Below, in pieces: positions 49,192-59,138 of a stretch of DNA of 64,000 nucleotides. The first letter of the stretch is position 1. Every line of letters begins with the position of its first letter. The translations under genes and the position numbers were made by a program. The notes beneath the pieces are model-generated. The model made no database searches and had not been told where the DNA came from. It was given only the letters and a program-made list of their open reading frames with translations. Origin of the DNA: a virus; the IMG/VR virus record IMGVR_UViG_3300029513_000230, positions 1 to 64,000 of that record; one strand, 5' to 3'.

Positions 49192-50652
49192 ATGAAAAAA
49201 GTTTTACCTATTTTTCTTCTATTAATGCTATTTTGTTCTTGCAGTAATAAAGACGATTATACCATAACTTCTATTTCTATTGATAAAACAAAGCTAGAAT
49301 TGAAGATTGGTGAAAGTTATGATTTCCAAATGTCCCATTTCCCTTCGGAGGCTCCTTCTCCCCGATATAAATGGGTTACATCTAAATATTTTCCGATAAA
49401 TGGCCCCGAAGATGGCTATGAAATAGCATCTATTGATCAAAACGGAACTATAAAAGCTTTAAAAGAAGGTGTTACAATTGTAAGCGTAGAGACAATTGAT
49501 GTTTTTGATCCCGAAAAAGGTTATCCTTTTTTTCAGTCATGCAAAGTAACCATAAAACCCATAGTAGGTGAATCCATAACATTATCCAAGACAGATCTTG
49601 ATATGAAGCCCGGAGAAACGGCTTCGTTGACGTATACCATATCACCGGATAACGCCACAAGTAAAGATGTCATATGGAAAACCAGTGACCCTAAAGTAGC
49701 TTCGATATCCTATGGTGGCTTCACATCCAATGCCGAGATTACAGCAAAAGGCCAAGGTGAGGCAACAATCACCGTAAGCCTAAAGGATAACCCCAAGGTG
49801 TCTGCTACTTGCAAGGTCAAGGTAGGAGCGGCAAAGCTTGAAAGTATCAGCTTTGAGGAAAAAGAAAAGACAATCATGCAAGGTGAATCAACCAAGTTAA
49901 ATCTTGTGTTTACGCCTTCTTATGCTACTAATAAAAACGTACAATGGACATCCTCTAATAAGGATATAGCGGTCGTTGATAAGGAAGGTAACGTTACTGG
50001 AGTTCATTTCGGGGAATGTACGATAACCGCCAAAGCCGAGGATGGAGGATTTGAGACGGCTTGTAAGGTCATAGTAAAGCCTATTCCGGTAGAAAACATA
50101 TCTTTTCCCTCACGTTACTATGATATCGAGATAGGAGGGGAAAAACAATTAATTGTAAATTTTACTCCGGAGAATGCGGGAAACCGTAATCTTACATGGT
50201 CTTCCTCTAATCCTATAGCCGTGTCTATTGACAAGACCGGAAAGGTGAAAGGGAATACGTCTGGAAGTTCAACAATCACAGCTACCAGCGAAGATGGTGG
50301 GCATAAGGCATCCGTAGAAATATATGTAGTTGAAATAGATCGTTTGATGAACGTGTACTTCCCTTCTTCATCCGTCGTTATTCTCAATGGATATTACACG
50401 GGAAGTATATCATGCGCCATCCGAAATAATAGTTCTCATGCCGTAAACCTAAGCAAATTCTACGTCGTTGAATCTAATACCTATAAGACTGTATTAGAGA
50501 CTACGGATATGTCTATATTAGGAGAATTAAAGCCCGGAGAAACAAAAACGCTTAATGCTAGATTAAACTCGGTGTATGAGCCAATATTCCGTTGGGAGTT
50601 TGAATATAATGGAAATTCATATTCTACGTGGACTAAATATGGAGATAAATAA
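49192..50652 (+). CDS. surface lipoprotein with tandem bacterial Ig-like (Big_2) domains
   Basis: Lipobox LFCSCSN; 4-5 repeats of ~85-aa Big_2-like units (e.g. ...GEATITVSLKDNPKVSATCKVKV). Confidence 0.65.
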   Translation: MKKVLPIFLLLMLFCSCSNKDDYTITSISIDKTKLELKIGESYDFQMSHFPSEAPSPRYKWVTSKYFPINGPEDGYEIASIDQNGTIKALKEGVTIVSVETIDVFDPEKGYPFFQSCKVTIKPIVGESITLSKTDLDMKPGETASLTYTISPDNATSKDVIWKTSDPKVASISYGGFTSNAEITAKGQGEATITVSLKDNPKVSATCKVKVGAAKLESISFEEKEKTIMQGESTKLNLVFTPSYATNKNVQWTSSNKDIAVVDKEGNVTGVHFGECTITAKAEDGGFETACKVIVKPIPVENISFPSRYYDIEIGGEKQLIVNFTPENAGNRNLTWSSSNPIAVSIDKTGKVKGNTSGSSTITATSEDGGHKASVEIYVVEIDRLMNVYFPSSSVVILNGYYTGSISCAIRNNSSHAVNLSKFYVVESNTYKTVLETTDMSILGELKPGETKTLNARLNSVYEPIFRWEFEYNGNSYSTWTKYGDK

Positions 50653-50674
50653 GCCTTGTAAGTAATACTCTAAA

Positions 50675-50711
50675 ATCCCCTCCACCCAAAAGGCTCTGGA
50701 GGGGATTTTTT
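50675..50711 (+). terminator. rho-independent terminator
   Basis: CCCCTCCA-n9-TGGAGGGG followed by T6. Confidence 0.6.
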
Positions 50712-50987
50712 ATCCCCCTTGCTGTCTCACGACATGAGGGAGGATTATGAAAACTAAACCAAATCATGTCTATATTTTGCAAACATGGGGTCAGCCTAAT
50801 TTTCGGCACACCCCTTTCTCTCTGATCATATTGGAGATAATATTGTAGATATACTCAATAAAACGATGCTTCTCCTGTAGAATCCTCATAAGTATCTATA
50901 ACAAAGGCTAAACGCATTTTTGCGTTCAGTTCTTCATCAGATGAATTTAGTGAATTTTCGATTGAACTTCATTATCTGTTTATGTTT

Positions 50988-51785
50988 TTAACAAGCCTCT
51001 TTATTTCCTAAGAACTTGTTCACGAAGTAAACCTGCCCTTTTCCGGTGACCTTCGGCGTGATAGTAGTATGTAACACCCCGTTATTACCAGATCTTACGC
51101 CTTTCTTCAACTCGAACAAGCCTTGCTCCACGTATTGCTGGTTAGGGATATTGTATCTCTCACCATGCTTTCCGAGATATCCATTGTCACGCATCCATGC
51201 GAACAATCTTTTCTCCCCGATGGAATACCCGTTTTGAGCGATCAGCTTGGCGAGTTCACCGATCAGGCAGGAACTGTTCGCCGATTGAACGGCGTTAGTA
51301 AAAGCAACGGCGGGAGCGGCCTCGGTTACTTTCCGTTCGGCCTCGATACGCTTTCGTTGTTCCTCTTTAAGGTTTGTGGCCAATTGGATCAAGAAATCGG
51401 GCGAGGTCAAGGCTTTCTCCAGTGTATCGTTTGTCATATACGCTCCATGTTTGCGGATGGAAGGGAGAACCTCTCCGCATACCCAGTCTTGGAATGGTTC
51501 GGCTTGCGGTTTGTCGGATCGCATGATTACCTTGTAAAGGTTCTGCTCATTGATAAAAGTTAACGTAACTTCTTGCTCTGTTGTGATACCATATTGATTA
51601 GTAGTCTTTGAGACCCCGTCGGTCAAAACTACCCCCTCTGGTTTTAATCTTGATTTGCAGTCTCTTGGATTTTTTATTTCCAAAACCCGGCAAACGTCCA
51701 CAAGGCAAAATAAAGGATTCTCACTTGTCCCGGCTACTCTCACTTCACCGAAACGATCGTTCTCAAAAATTTTAATTGCTTCCAT
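50988..51785 (-). CDS. Bro-N/KilA-C-type phage antirepressor
   Basis: N-terminal ...IFENDRFGEVRVAGTSENPLFCLVDVCRVLEI..., a Bro-N-like domain. Confidence 0.6.
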   Translation of the reverse strand: MEAIKIFENDRFGEVRVAGTSENPLFCLVDVCRVLEIKNPRDCKSRLKPEGVVLTDGVSKTTNQYGITTEQEVTLTFINEQNLYKVIMRSDKPQAEPFQDWVCGEVLPSIRKHGAYMTNDTLEKALTSPDFLIQLATNLKEEQRKRIEAERKVTEAAPAVAFTNAVQSANSSCLIGELAKLIAQNGYSIGEKRLFAWMRDNGYLGKHGERYNIPNQQYVEQGLFELKKGVRSGNNGVLHTTITPKVTGKGQVYFVNKFLGNKEAC

Positions 51786-51989
51786 ATCTTAAAATTTTAA
51801 TTGTTCAAAATATTTTCTCCCGCAATTTTAGCCATAAGATCAAAACGACTTTGTTATTTTGATTACTTCGGCACCTCTTAATGAAAAAGCCTCCCCGACA
51901 CGAGCCACAACACATCGTATCAAGGAGGCTGTTAGCGACCGCTGTCGCCCAAAATCTTCCTAGCCTGTCGTGGTAGGCTGACCAGTAAA

Positions 51990-52075
51990 AACAAAAAGAG
52001 CCACACCCCATAGACGTGACTCTATCGGGTATGGCTCTAAGGCTCTACTGTCTTCTTGTATGTCCAGCAAATATA
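51990..52075 (-). promoter_or_regulatory. repeat family, copy C
   Basis: TATATTTG ... AGAGCC-TT-AGAGCC-ATACCC ... GGGGTGTGGCTC-TTTTTGTTTTT. Confidence 0.5.
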
Positions 52076-52107
52076 ACTAGAAAGAATAAGAAAAGCAAGT
52101 TTTACGC

Positions 52108-55100
52108 TCAATTCATCCTTGATCTCTTGTAATTCTCGAAATCGATGCTCTTACTACTCTTGGATATGGTTTTAGATAGCTTGCCTATCTCCTTTTTTAT
52201 ATCATTATTAGCCCTTATTATCCCCTCGGCGTCGAAATTATTGACGATCTGAACCGGCTCGCCTCTCTTGTTGTGGGTGATCCAATACATGTTATCCACG
52301 AAGCGACTGAGGAAAGCCGGATCATTGAGATCCGGAACGACCTCGGCTCCCGCCGGCAATGACAGCAAGGTGGGCTTATCCGGGGTAATGTACGCTTTAT
52401 CTCCTACCAATACCGCCTCGCTACGGCCTCCATCGCCAACGATAGCCAAACCGCCGGGGTGATTGTCGGTACCATGGGCGTATTTGGGGATGGGTTGGGC
52501 TATGATCGTGGCGAGTTGCACGGCTCCGGTAGCCGCTATCATTGCTGCAAAGATAGCTCCAGCGATAGGTCCCGTTTCTTTGTAAGCTACCATTATCGCC
52601 CGTGCCGTGGCCGCAATAGTCTGAGCTATATCTATAGACTTTTGGAACTTGGCCTGTCTAGTCTGCAACTCAGCTTTTTTCTTCTCCAGTTCCTTGTTCT
52701 TGCGGCTGGTCTCTTCCTCCGCCGCACGCTTGCGGGCCTCGGCCTCCTCTGTCGTTATTATATCCTTCTCGGCAAGAGCGTCTATAGTCTCAACCTTAGC
52801 GTCATACTCATCTTGGTTAGCCTCTATTTCAGCATCTACATTATCTATTTGACGTTGAAATAATGAATTACCGATTGATATGATAGCAGATATAGATTCT
52901 TGTATCAAGCGCTTTTTAGCCTGTTCTACTTTTTTTCGCTCCTCTTCCTCTCGTTTGGCATCCTCTATGATTTTATCGCTGGTCTCTTTCGATAACTGAA
53001 CACGGAGGCGAGCGATCTCCTTCTCTTTCTCTAGCCTCTCATCGCCTTCAAACAAATAAAGATTTGATTCAAGTATACTTAATTGACTTTGTAATGACTC
53101 CATAGCATACTGATGCTCCAGATCCGATTTCTGTTTCTCATACTCTTTTTTCTTGATAATCCCTTGCTCATATTGTTTAGTCAAGGCATTAAGCTCTTCG
53201 TTTATCTCTATCTGTCTTTGAGAAAGGAGTATCTCGTTCTGAGACTGCTCCGTAGACATAAGACGTTTTCCGTAATCATTGTATAGAGTCTCTATTTGCT
53301 TTAGATACTTTTCCTCTATCAACGCCCTGTCTTGGCCTGTTTTGTCCGCCTCTCTTAATTCTTTATCCTTTTGTAGTTGTAATATATCCAAGCGAGCGTC
53401 AAGCTCTTGCAAACTTCCCTTTTCTGCAATCGCAAGACGATTTTGAGCCTCCTCGTTAGCCCTTTGCTCCGAGATCTTACGGTCGAATTCCGCCAATTTC
53501 TTGCTTCTCTCAGCCTCTATAGCCTCAATTTGCTCATTAACCCTTACGCCTTTCGTCTTTACGTCGTCGATACGCTTTTGGAAAGATTGCTCCAAGAGAA
53601 GACGGTCTTTCTTATACCCCTCATCCATCACATTAAGACGGGCCTCCTGAATATTCCGTTCGGCCTCCATCTCTAATTTCTCCCTACGCTTGGCCTCTCG
53701 TTCTATCTGCTCCTGCTGTCGTTTAAGTTTCTCCTCGTTAGAGGATTCTCTTATACCTGCGCTCTCTAATTCACTCCTTGCGGCTTCCATCTGCTTTTTG
53801 TTATAGTTGAAATAAGCGAATCCTGCCTCATCAAGAGCATCAGCTTGATCATTCAAAGATTTAACATCCACTTCTATAGCCTTCGCATTCTCCTCAGCAA
53901 GTTCTTTCACTGATTTTACGCCAAATCTAGTATCTTGCATAACAGCCGTAGCCGCATATTGCCCTTTTTCTCTTGCCTCATCTGCTTTTTTTTGTAGATT
54001 TTCGGCTTCAATCCTTTTTTGTAAAGCCTCAGCATATTTTTCTTGAGCTAATTTTTGCGCAGCTGCCGCTTGTGCCCTTAATGACATAGCATTAATAAAG
54101 GCCTCCGTATTATCTACTAGCAGATTCTCTGCGTCATTAACATCCGTAACTGACACATCTAATTTCTTAAATTCAGAGGCATTGTCGATGATAAATTGCT
54201 TCTGCTTATTGAGATTACCTCCTAAATTATTCCATTCAGCTTGTAAGTTGCGTAATGTTACAAGATTCTCCCCATATGATGATGTCGAGTTCTTTAAAGC
54301 CTTGGCATAATCCCCGGTGGATGAATTCAAGTCTCTCTGGGCTTCCGAAGCGGCCTTAGCCGAGCTAGAGGATGACAATAAGTTTTTACCCCACTCAAAG
54401 ATATCCTTACCATATACGGTAAGTAGAGTTATACCAACCGACAACAAGGTATTCCAAGACAAAGCGGACTTAGCTATCTGCTTCCACACAGGAACACCTT
54501 TCAGTCCCTCCTCCCGTAAGGCGGCGTTCTCCTTCCTTATCCGAGATATTTGGTCTACCAATATAGGGATATTGTTAGAGATAGCGAGAAAGCCGGTCTG
54601 TAGAGATACCGAGAATGCGGGAAACTCACGGGTTAATTGATTGATTGCGTTTCCCATTCCATCCCATGTGGAGACATAATTACCCACGTTTCTCTGATGC
54701 TGTCCCAGACTTTTATCAACAGATTTTACCTGAGTGTCCAAAGCCGCTATATTCTTTTGCAACTCTACTCCTAACTTGCTGTTAGCGGCTTCCGTGGAAA
54801 GCATCCGATACGCCTTTCTCAGCCTCTCCAATTGCAACGATTGCTCTTGATAACTATCGTTGGCCGAGTTGATCATTTTTGTCTCATTCGTAAGAATGTT
54901 CAACAGCTCTCTCAAGGATTCTCGATGAAGCAATTCAGACCTTACCAGATCCTGCCTCTTTTGCACGGCATCTTTAGTTGAGATAGCCCCGCTTTTCTCC
55001 ATTTTATTCAATTGGCTTTTCTCCTTGGATAGTTGGGCCAATATCGTCCTTTCTTGAGCGACCCTGCGTATATTCTCCTCCCTAGATCCCAATGTCTGGT

Positions 55101-55530
55101 CAATGAGTCCCTTCAATTCCTGACTTATGACAACCTCTTGTTGCTTGGCTTTCATGTTCTCCGAGATAGCGTTTGATTCCTTGGCTATGGAAGAGGATGA
55201 TTGATCTAAACTATTTTGAACTTTCCCAGCTGCTTCCGCATATCTCTTGTTAACCTCTATCAGCTCATCAATCTTTCTCTTGTACTGGTCATTGGTCTTA
55301 TTGAGAGTGTCAATCGTGCTTTTAAGCGCTGATACATTTTTCTTGTACTCCTCGATCTTGGCGTTCAACTCTGACAAGCTTGAGGGATTTATCGTCAACC
55401 CTTTCCCTATCTCTTTTACCAACCCGATATAGACATTCTGCGTATCCGCTAATTTCCTATCCAGACGCTCCAGTTGATCAAACGCCTCTTTCCCTACTAT
55501 ATCAGTGATCTTAGTCTCGTTTCCCGCCAT
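52108..55530 (-). CDS. tail tape measure protein (1140 aa)
   Basis: Long coiled-coil E/K/Q-rich protein downstream of tail assembly chaperone-like genes. Confidence 0.7.
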   Translation of the reverse strand: MAGNETKITDIVGKEAFDQLERLDRKLADTQNVYIGLVKEIGKGLTINPSSLSELNAKIEEYKKNVSALKSTIDTLNKTNDQYKRKIDELIEVNKRYAEAAGKVQNSLDQSSSSIAKESNAISENMKAKQQEVVISQELKGLIDQTLGSREENIRRVAQERTILAQLSKEKSQLNKMEKSGAISTKDAVQKRQDLVRSELLHRESLRELLNILTNETKMINSANDSYQEQSLQLERLRKAYRMLSTEAANSKLGVELQKNIAALDTQVKSVDKSLGQHQRNVGNYVSTWDGMGNAINQLTREFPAFSVSLQTGFLAISNNIPILVDQISRIRKENAALREEGLKGVPVWKQIAKSALSWNTLLSVGITLLTVYGKDIFEWGKNLLSSSSSAKAASEAQRDLNSSTGDYAKALKNSTSSYGENLVTLRNLQAEWNNLGGNLNKQKQFIIDNASEFKKLDVSVTDVNDAENLLVDNTEAFINAMSLRAQAAAAQKLAQEKYAEALQKRIEAENLQKKADEAREKGQYAATAVMQDTRFGVKSVKELAEENAKAIEVDVKSLNDQADALDEAGFAYFNYNKKQMEAARSELESAGIRESSNEEKLKRQQEQIEREAKRREKLEMEAERNIQEARLNVMDEGYKKDRLLLEQSFQKRIDDVKTKGVRVNEQIEAIEAERSKKLAEFDRKISEQRANEEAQNRLAIAEKGSLQELDARLDILQLQKDKELREADKTGQDRALIEEKYLKQIETLYNDYGKRLMSTEQSQNEILLSQRQIEINEELNALTKQYEQGIIKKKEYEKQKSDLEHQYAMESLQSQLSILESNLYLFEGDERLEKEKEIARLRVQLSKETSDKIIEDAKREEEERKKVEQAKKRLIQESISAIISIGNSLFQRQIDNVDAEIEANQDEYDAKVETIDALAEKDIITTEEAEARKRAAEEETSRKNKELEKKKAELQTRQAKFQKSIDIAQTIAATARAIMVAYKETGPIAGAIFAAMIAATGAVQLATIIAQPIPKYAHGTDNHPGGLAIVGDGGRSEAVLVGDKAYITPDKPTLLSLPAGAEVVPDLNDPAFLSRFVDNMYWITHNKRGEPVQIVNNFDAEGIIRANNDIKKEIGKLSKTISKSSKSIDFENYKRSRMN

Positions 55531-56107
55531 AATTCTTCATGTCCTCTAATTGGTTAAACATAATCCTTATCATATTCCCGTACTCGGCCGCGGTGAACGT
55601 GTCAGGATCGATACGCATCTTGAAATAGGTGGACACGATCATCCTCTCACGGGTGAAATCTTTATCCTTGGGGTCTACCACCTTAGACTTGTTCCTATCC
55701 AGAACGCTCAGGCTATATTTCACCTGCGACATCTTGGACTGGATTCTCTTTTTAGCGACGATCAGATCTTGCTCTCCCGGCTCCTCCGGCATGCGGATAC
55801 CTACCCTGCCAAGAATATCCGAAGCGTCAGCGTACATCATAGCGTCTATCAAATGATCTGCTGACTCCAACAGGATAAGCTTGATATTGCAATCCACCGC
55901 CCTTGACCGATCCTCTATCTCGATAGCGATATTCTTGTTACCGGTTATAACGGAATACTCGTCAATAAGCCCCATCGCCGCTTTCCTTAACTCCCCTTCG
56001 GTGGGCTTGGTCCTCCCTCCTTTTATAAGGGCGTTAAGATTTCCCTTGTACATCTCGATGAACTTGCATAAGGGTATCTCGTCGCATGTCGTGTATATAT
56101 TCGCCAT
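55511..56107 (-). CDS. tail assembly chaperone-like protein
   Basis: Position immediately upstream of the tape measure gene. Confidence 0.45.
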   Translation of the reverse strand: MANIYTTCDEIPLCKFIEMYKGNLNALIKGGRTKPTEGELRKAAMGLIDEYSVITGNKNIAIEIEDRSRAVDCNIKLILLESADHLIDAMMYADASDILGRVGIRMPEEPGEQDLIVAKKRIQSKMSQVKYSLSVLDRNKSKVVDPKDKDFTRERMIVSTYFKMRIDPDTFTAAEYGNMIRIMFNQLEDMKNYGGKRD

Positions 56108-56112
56108 ACTAT

Positions 56113-56313
56113 TTATAAATAATGGATATATTCAACAATATCGCCTTTAGATACCATGGCATCTAAAGGCTCGAAGGCAAACGTGCCATCCGTTTTACGG
56201 ATAAGCACGTAAATGCGTTTATCGGAAACGGCCATCTTGATAGCCAGCCTCCTTATGTTCTCGTATGTGGCCATCGCCTTGTTCTGCGAGGCGCAATTGC
56301 ACGGCTTTATCAT
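56113..56313 (-). CDS. small tail-module protein
   Basis: ORF only. Confidence 0.35.
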   Translation of the reverse strand: MIKPCNCASQNKAMATYENIRRLAIKMAVSDKRIYVLIRKTDGTFAFEPLDAMVSKGDIVEYIHYL

Positions 56314-56858
56314 TTGAACCCGTATTTCTTGAATAACTTATCCAACGCGGGAACAACCCGCTCCTCAATCAAATAAGCCCTAGCCTCCGGGGTCAAACCC
56401 AGATGACCGGGGCCGTATTTCTTCTCTAAAGCGTCGTCACCGGCATAGAAACCGATGGATCTCGTGACTATCTTGCCACCATCCTTGCCGCCTTGCACGA
56501 TCGGCGTTATACTGGCGTGGTAATCGCCTCGTATGATAAGGTTGGGGGTGTTAGGGTCCCGTGGCGGAAGATGGAGTATGTCGGAGGACCTAGGCGGGGT
56601 TATGCTTTCCTTCATCGCCTTATACCATCTGGCCTTGGCCCTCGCCGCCTTTGGGGTCTTCGTCGTCTCCACGAAATACGGGTCATCCAGATAGGTAGGC
56701 TTCAAAGGCTCCTTGTTCTCGTCTAGCCCGGACATGAGTTGATCAGTGATCAAGTCATGGATCAATCCCTCGCTCTCCCTCAAGCTGTTCGTAACCTCCG
56801 GCCAGAAGTTCTTCTCCAGCGTCCTCACGGCGTTCGCCACTCCCGCTATTGTCCCCAT
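56310..56858 (-). CDS. tail/head-tail joining protein
   Basis: ORF only. Confidence 0.4.
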   Translation of the reverse strand: MGTIAGVANAVRTLEKNFWPEVTNSLRESEGLIHDLITDQLMSGLDENKEPLKPTYLDDPYFVETTKTPKAARAKARWYKAMKESITPPRSSDILHLPPRDPNTPNLIIRGDYHASITPIVQGGKDGGKIVTRSIGFYAGDDALEKKYGPGHLGLTPEARAYLIEERVVPALDKLFKKYGFK

Positions 56859-57005
56859 GGTTCCTCTCCATTATATCATAAGCGTCACCTAATATCCTCC
56901 TTCGATCCGCCATTCCCCGGTCAAGGAAGAAAGATCCCTCGTGAGCCTTCACGAAAACCTTCCTTCCCATACCGAGACAAGCCTCATCATTGAACGATAC
57001 CCCGT

Positions 57006-57854
57006 TTATGACCATTGCTCTATACCTTTAACGTCCTCTGCGTATAACTCGGACGGTCTCTTGAGCGCGGGAGTACCGGAGGACGGGGTAAGAGACAACG
57101 TGCCGTCATCGGGATTATACGTGGCGGCTGTCACGTTATTCCACACGGAGGAGGAACCTAATAGCGTACCGTACATCTCTGTCAAGTCAAAACCGCCATA
57201 ATGCTCCACGACCTTGTACTTATTCTCGCCTGTAGCCAATTTCTTGACATCCACCCAGACCAATCCCTTCGCCTCGTCCAAGATATCGATATCGCTGGTG
57301 AAAGATATAGCGTTCATCCATGCTTTCTCAACATCCTTATAAACGAGGTTGATCGTAAGCGATGCGTTCTCTCCGGAGCTCTTGAACCTCTGTCCGCCCG
57401 GATAAACGGCACCGAGCTCATATCCCCTGAAATCACCTTCCGTATCGGTCTTCTCGCCATATACGACATTATTCTTGTCGATGAAGATCACCCTCATGCT
57501 CTCGTTCTTGAGCTTCATGAGATTGGTTCGCAAGCCCTCGTCATAATCGTTCATCGTGTAAGTCTCGACAAGCTCGCTATAACCCGTGATCTTGGACGAG
57601 CCATAACCGGTAGCCGATGTCTGTGCCTCGCCTCCGGAAGTGGCGTACTCCGCTATCGTCGAGATCGGATATACACGGTTCGGACGGTCGGCGTGGGCGT
57701 ACTCTCCCAGCTTCGTGTCAAAATCGGATATCTTGAACATCATACCTACCGGAGTGAGTATGATCGCCTTGATATAGTCGGGAACGAACGGACACTTGCT
57801 CGTGCCGGTATTGAAAATCTCGGAACCGCAGTCCCTGAACATTTTTACTGCCAT
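57006..57854 (-). CDS. putative major tail protein
   Basis: 282 aa; sits between connector genes and the chaperone/tape-measure block. Confidence 0.45.
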   Translation of the reverse strand: MAVKMFRDCGSEIFNTGTSKCPFVPDYIKAIILTPVGMMFKISDFDTKLGEYAHADRPNRVYPISTIAEYATSGGEAQTSATGYGSSKITGYSELVETYTMNDYDEGLRTNLMKLKNESMRVIFIDKNNVVYGEKTDTEGDFRGYELGAVYPGGQRFKSSGENASLTINLVYKDVEKAWMNAISFTSDIDILDEAKGLVWVDVKKLATGENKYKVVEHYGGFDLTEMYGTLLGSSSVWNNVTAATYNPDDGTLSLTPSSGTPALKRPSELYAEDVKGIEQWS

Positions 57855-57856
57855 AA

Positions 57857-58369
57857 TTATCTACATGTTATATTTTTTACATTTAATCTTAAATCCTTAA
57901 TATCAATAGCATCTATGCGATCGTCGAACTCGCTTTTCCCCTCGCCATACACGCCAGCCCTTCCATACCTGAAATTATCGGTCTTCACATGGGATACTAT
58001 CGCCCCGGGGCCTATATCAAACTTGCGATCGTTGGATATCCTCCTTATAAGGCTGTCATATACCGGATACAACGTAGCCTTGAAGGACTTCTCCAATCGC
58101 TCCTCATTGGTATAATTCCCCAACGTATTCACGGCTATTATCAAGGAAAGGCTCACGGACGTTAATGAAGGGTTGGACTTGTCCTCGTCGAACGGGGAAT
58201 ATAACCCTATCATAGGATATTTCCTTCCCGCCGTTACGGGTGCCTTCCCCATGGCGGAAAGCGTCTTGGCCATATATTGCCAATCACCGAATTGGTAATT
58301 GACCATATACCCAACGTCTTTTGAAACGCCAGCGACGATATCCCTGAATATATCCACCAAGACATTCAT
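57857..58369 (-). CDS. head-tail connector/completion protein
   Basis: Position only. Confidence 0.4.
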   Translation of the reverse strand: MNVLVDIFRDIVAGVSKDVGYMVNYQFGDWQYMAKTLSAMGKAPVTAGRKYPMIGLYSPFDEDKSNPSLTSVSLSLIIAVNTLGNYTNEERLEKSFKATLYPVYDSLIRRISNDRKFDIGPGAIVSHVKTDNFRYGRAGVYGEGKSEFDDRIDAIDIKDLRLNVKNITCR

Positions 58370-58866
58370 ATATTCATCTCATTTATATGGGTCAATATAT
58401 TCCTGTCAATATCCATGTCCTCCTTGAAAGACTCCCTTACGCGATCCGATATCCCGATGTTGATATCCACCATATTATTCCAAGCTTGGGTCATCATCCG
58501 TGAGGTATGCGCCAATATCCGCCTCACGTCCACGTCATCGGACGTGGAGGATACGGATATTAGCGTCTCGTTTCTCTGGTAATGAAAATAGACATACATA
58601 GCCATGGGAGACCTATCCGATCTCAATATCCCTAGGATATAATCAAACATGTCGTTTCCCTTCCTGCCATTATCGGCGTAATCGACGAATGAGTCATAAT
58701 ATCCTCCCATGAGCGAGACGAGGTACTCTTCCCCGTAGGTCTCGATATACCATCCCACGTTCTCCGATATGGCTCTGGAAGCCTCATTGGAGAATCCCCC
58801 GTCCTCCGGTATCACGAGTCCCTGTATCCTAAGGTCTCCCTTGAAGTACGCATTGTCTATTATCAT
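58366..58866 (-). CDS. head-tail connector/completion protein
   Basis: Position only. Confidence 0.4.
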   Translation of the reverse strand: MIIDNAYFKGDLRIQGLVIPEDGGFSNEASRAISENVGWYIETYGEEYLVSLMGGYYDSFVDYADNGRKGNDMFDYILGILRSDRSPMAMYVYFHYQRNETLISVSSTSDDVDVRRILAHTSRMMTQAWNNMVDINIGISDRVRESFKEDMDIDRNILTHINEMNI

Positions 58867-58868
58867 CG

Positions 58869-59138
58869 CTATTTATCTTTATCAAGTGACATTTTCGAGT
58901 CCCCGAAGACGGATGTCTTGGTATCCGTGTCCGGGATGCTCTTTCTTGTCCCAACCGGGGTCTTTGAGGATATATCGATCATGCCAAGCTCCTTTCGTAT
59001 GGAATTCTCCTGAATGACCTTGTCGACCTCCATCTCCTCACCCGTTATAATTATAGAAACCCTCATGTCATTATGTATTAAGAGGATTTCTTGATAGCGG
59101 TCAATACGTCGGATAACTTGCCATAGGCGAACGCCCAC
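58869..59138 (-). CDS. small head-associated protein
   Basis: Position only. Confidence 0.35.
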   Translation of the reverse strand: MGVRLWQVIRRIDRYQEILLIHNDMRVSIIITGEEMEVDKVIQENSIRKELGMIDISSKTPVGTRKSIPDTDTKTSVFGDSKMSLDKDK

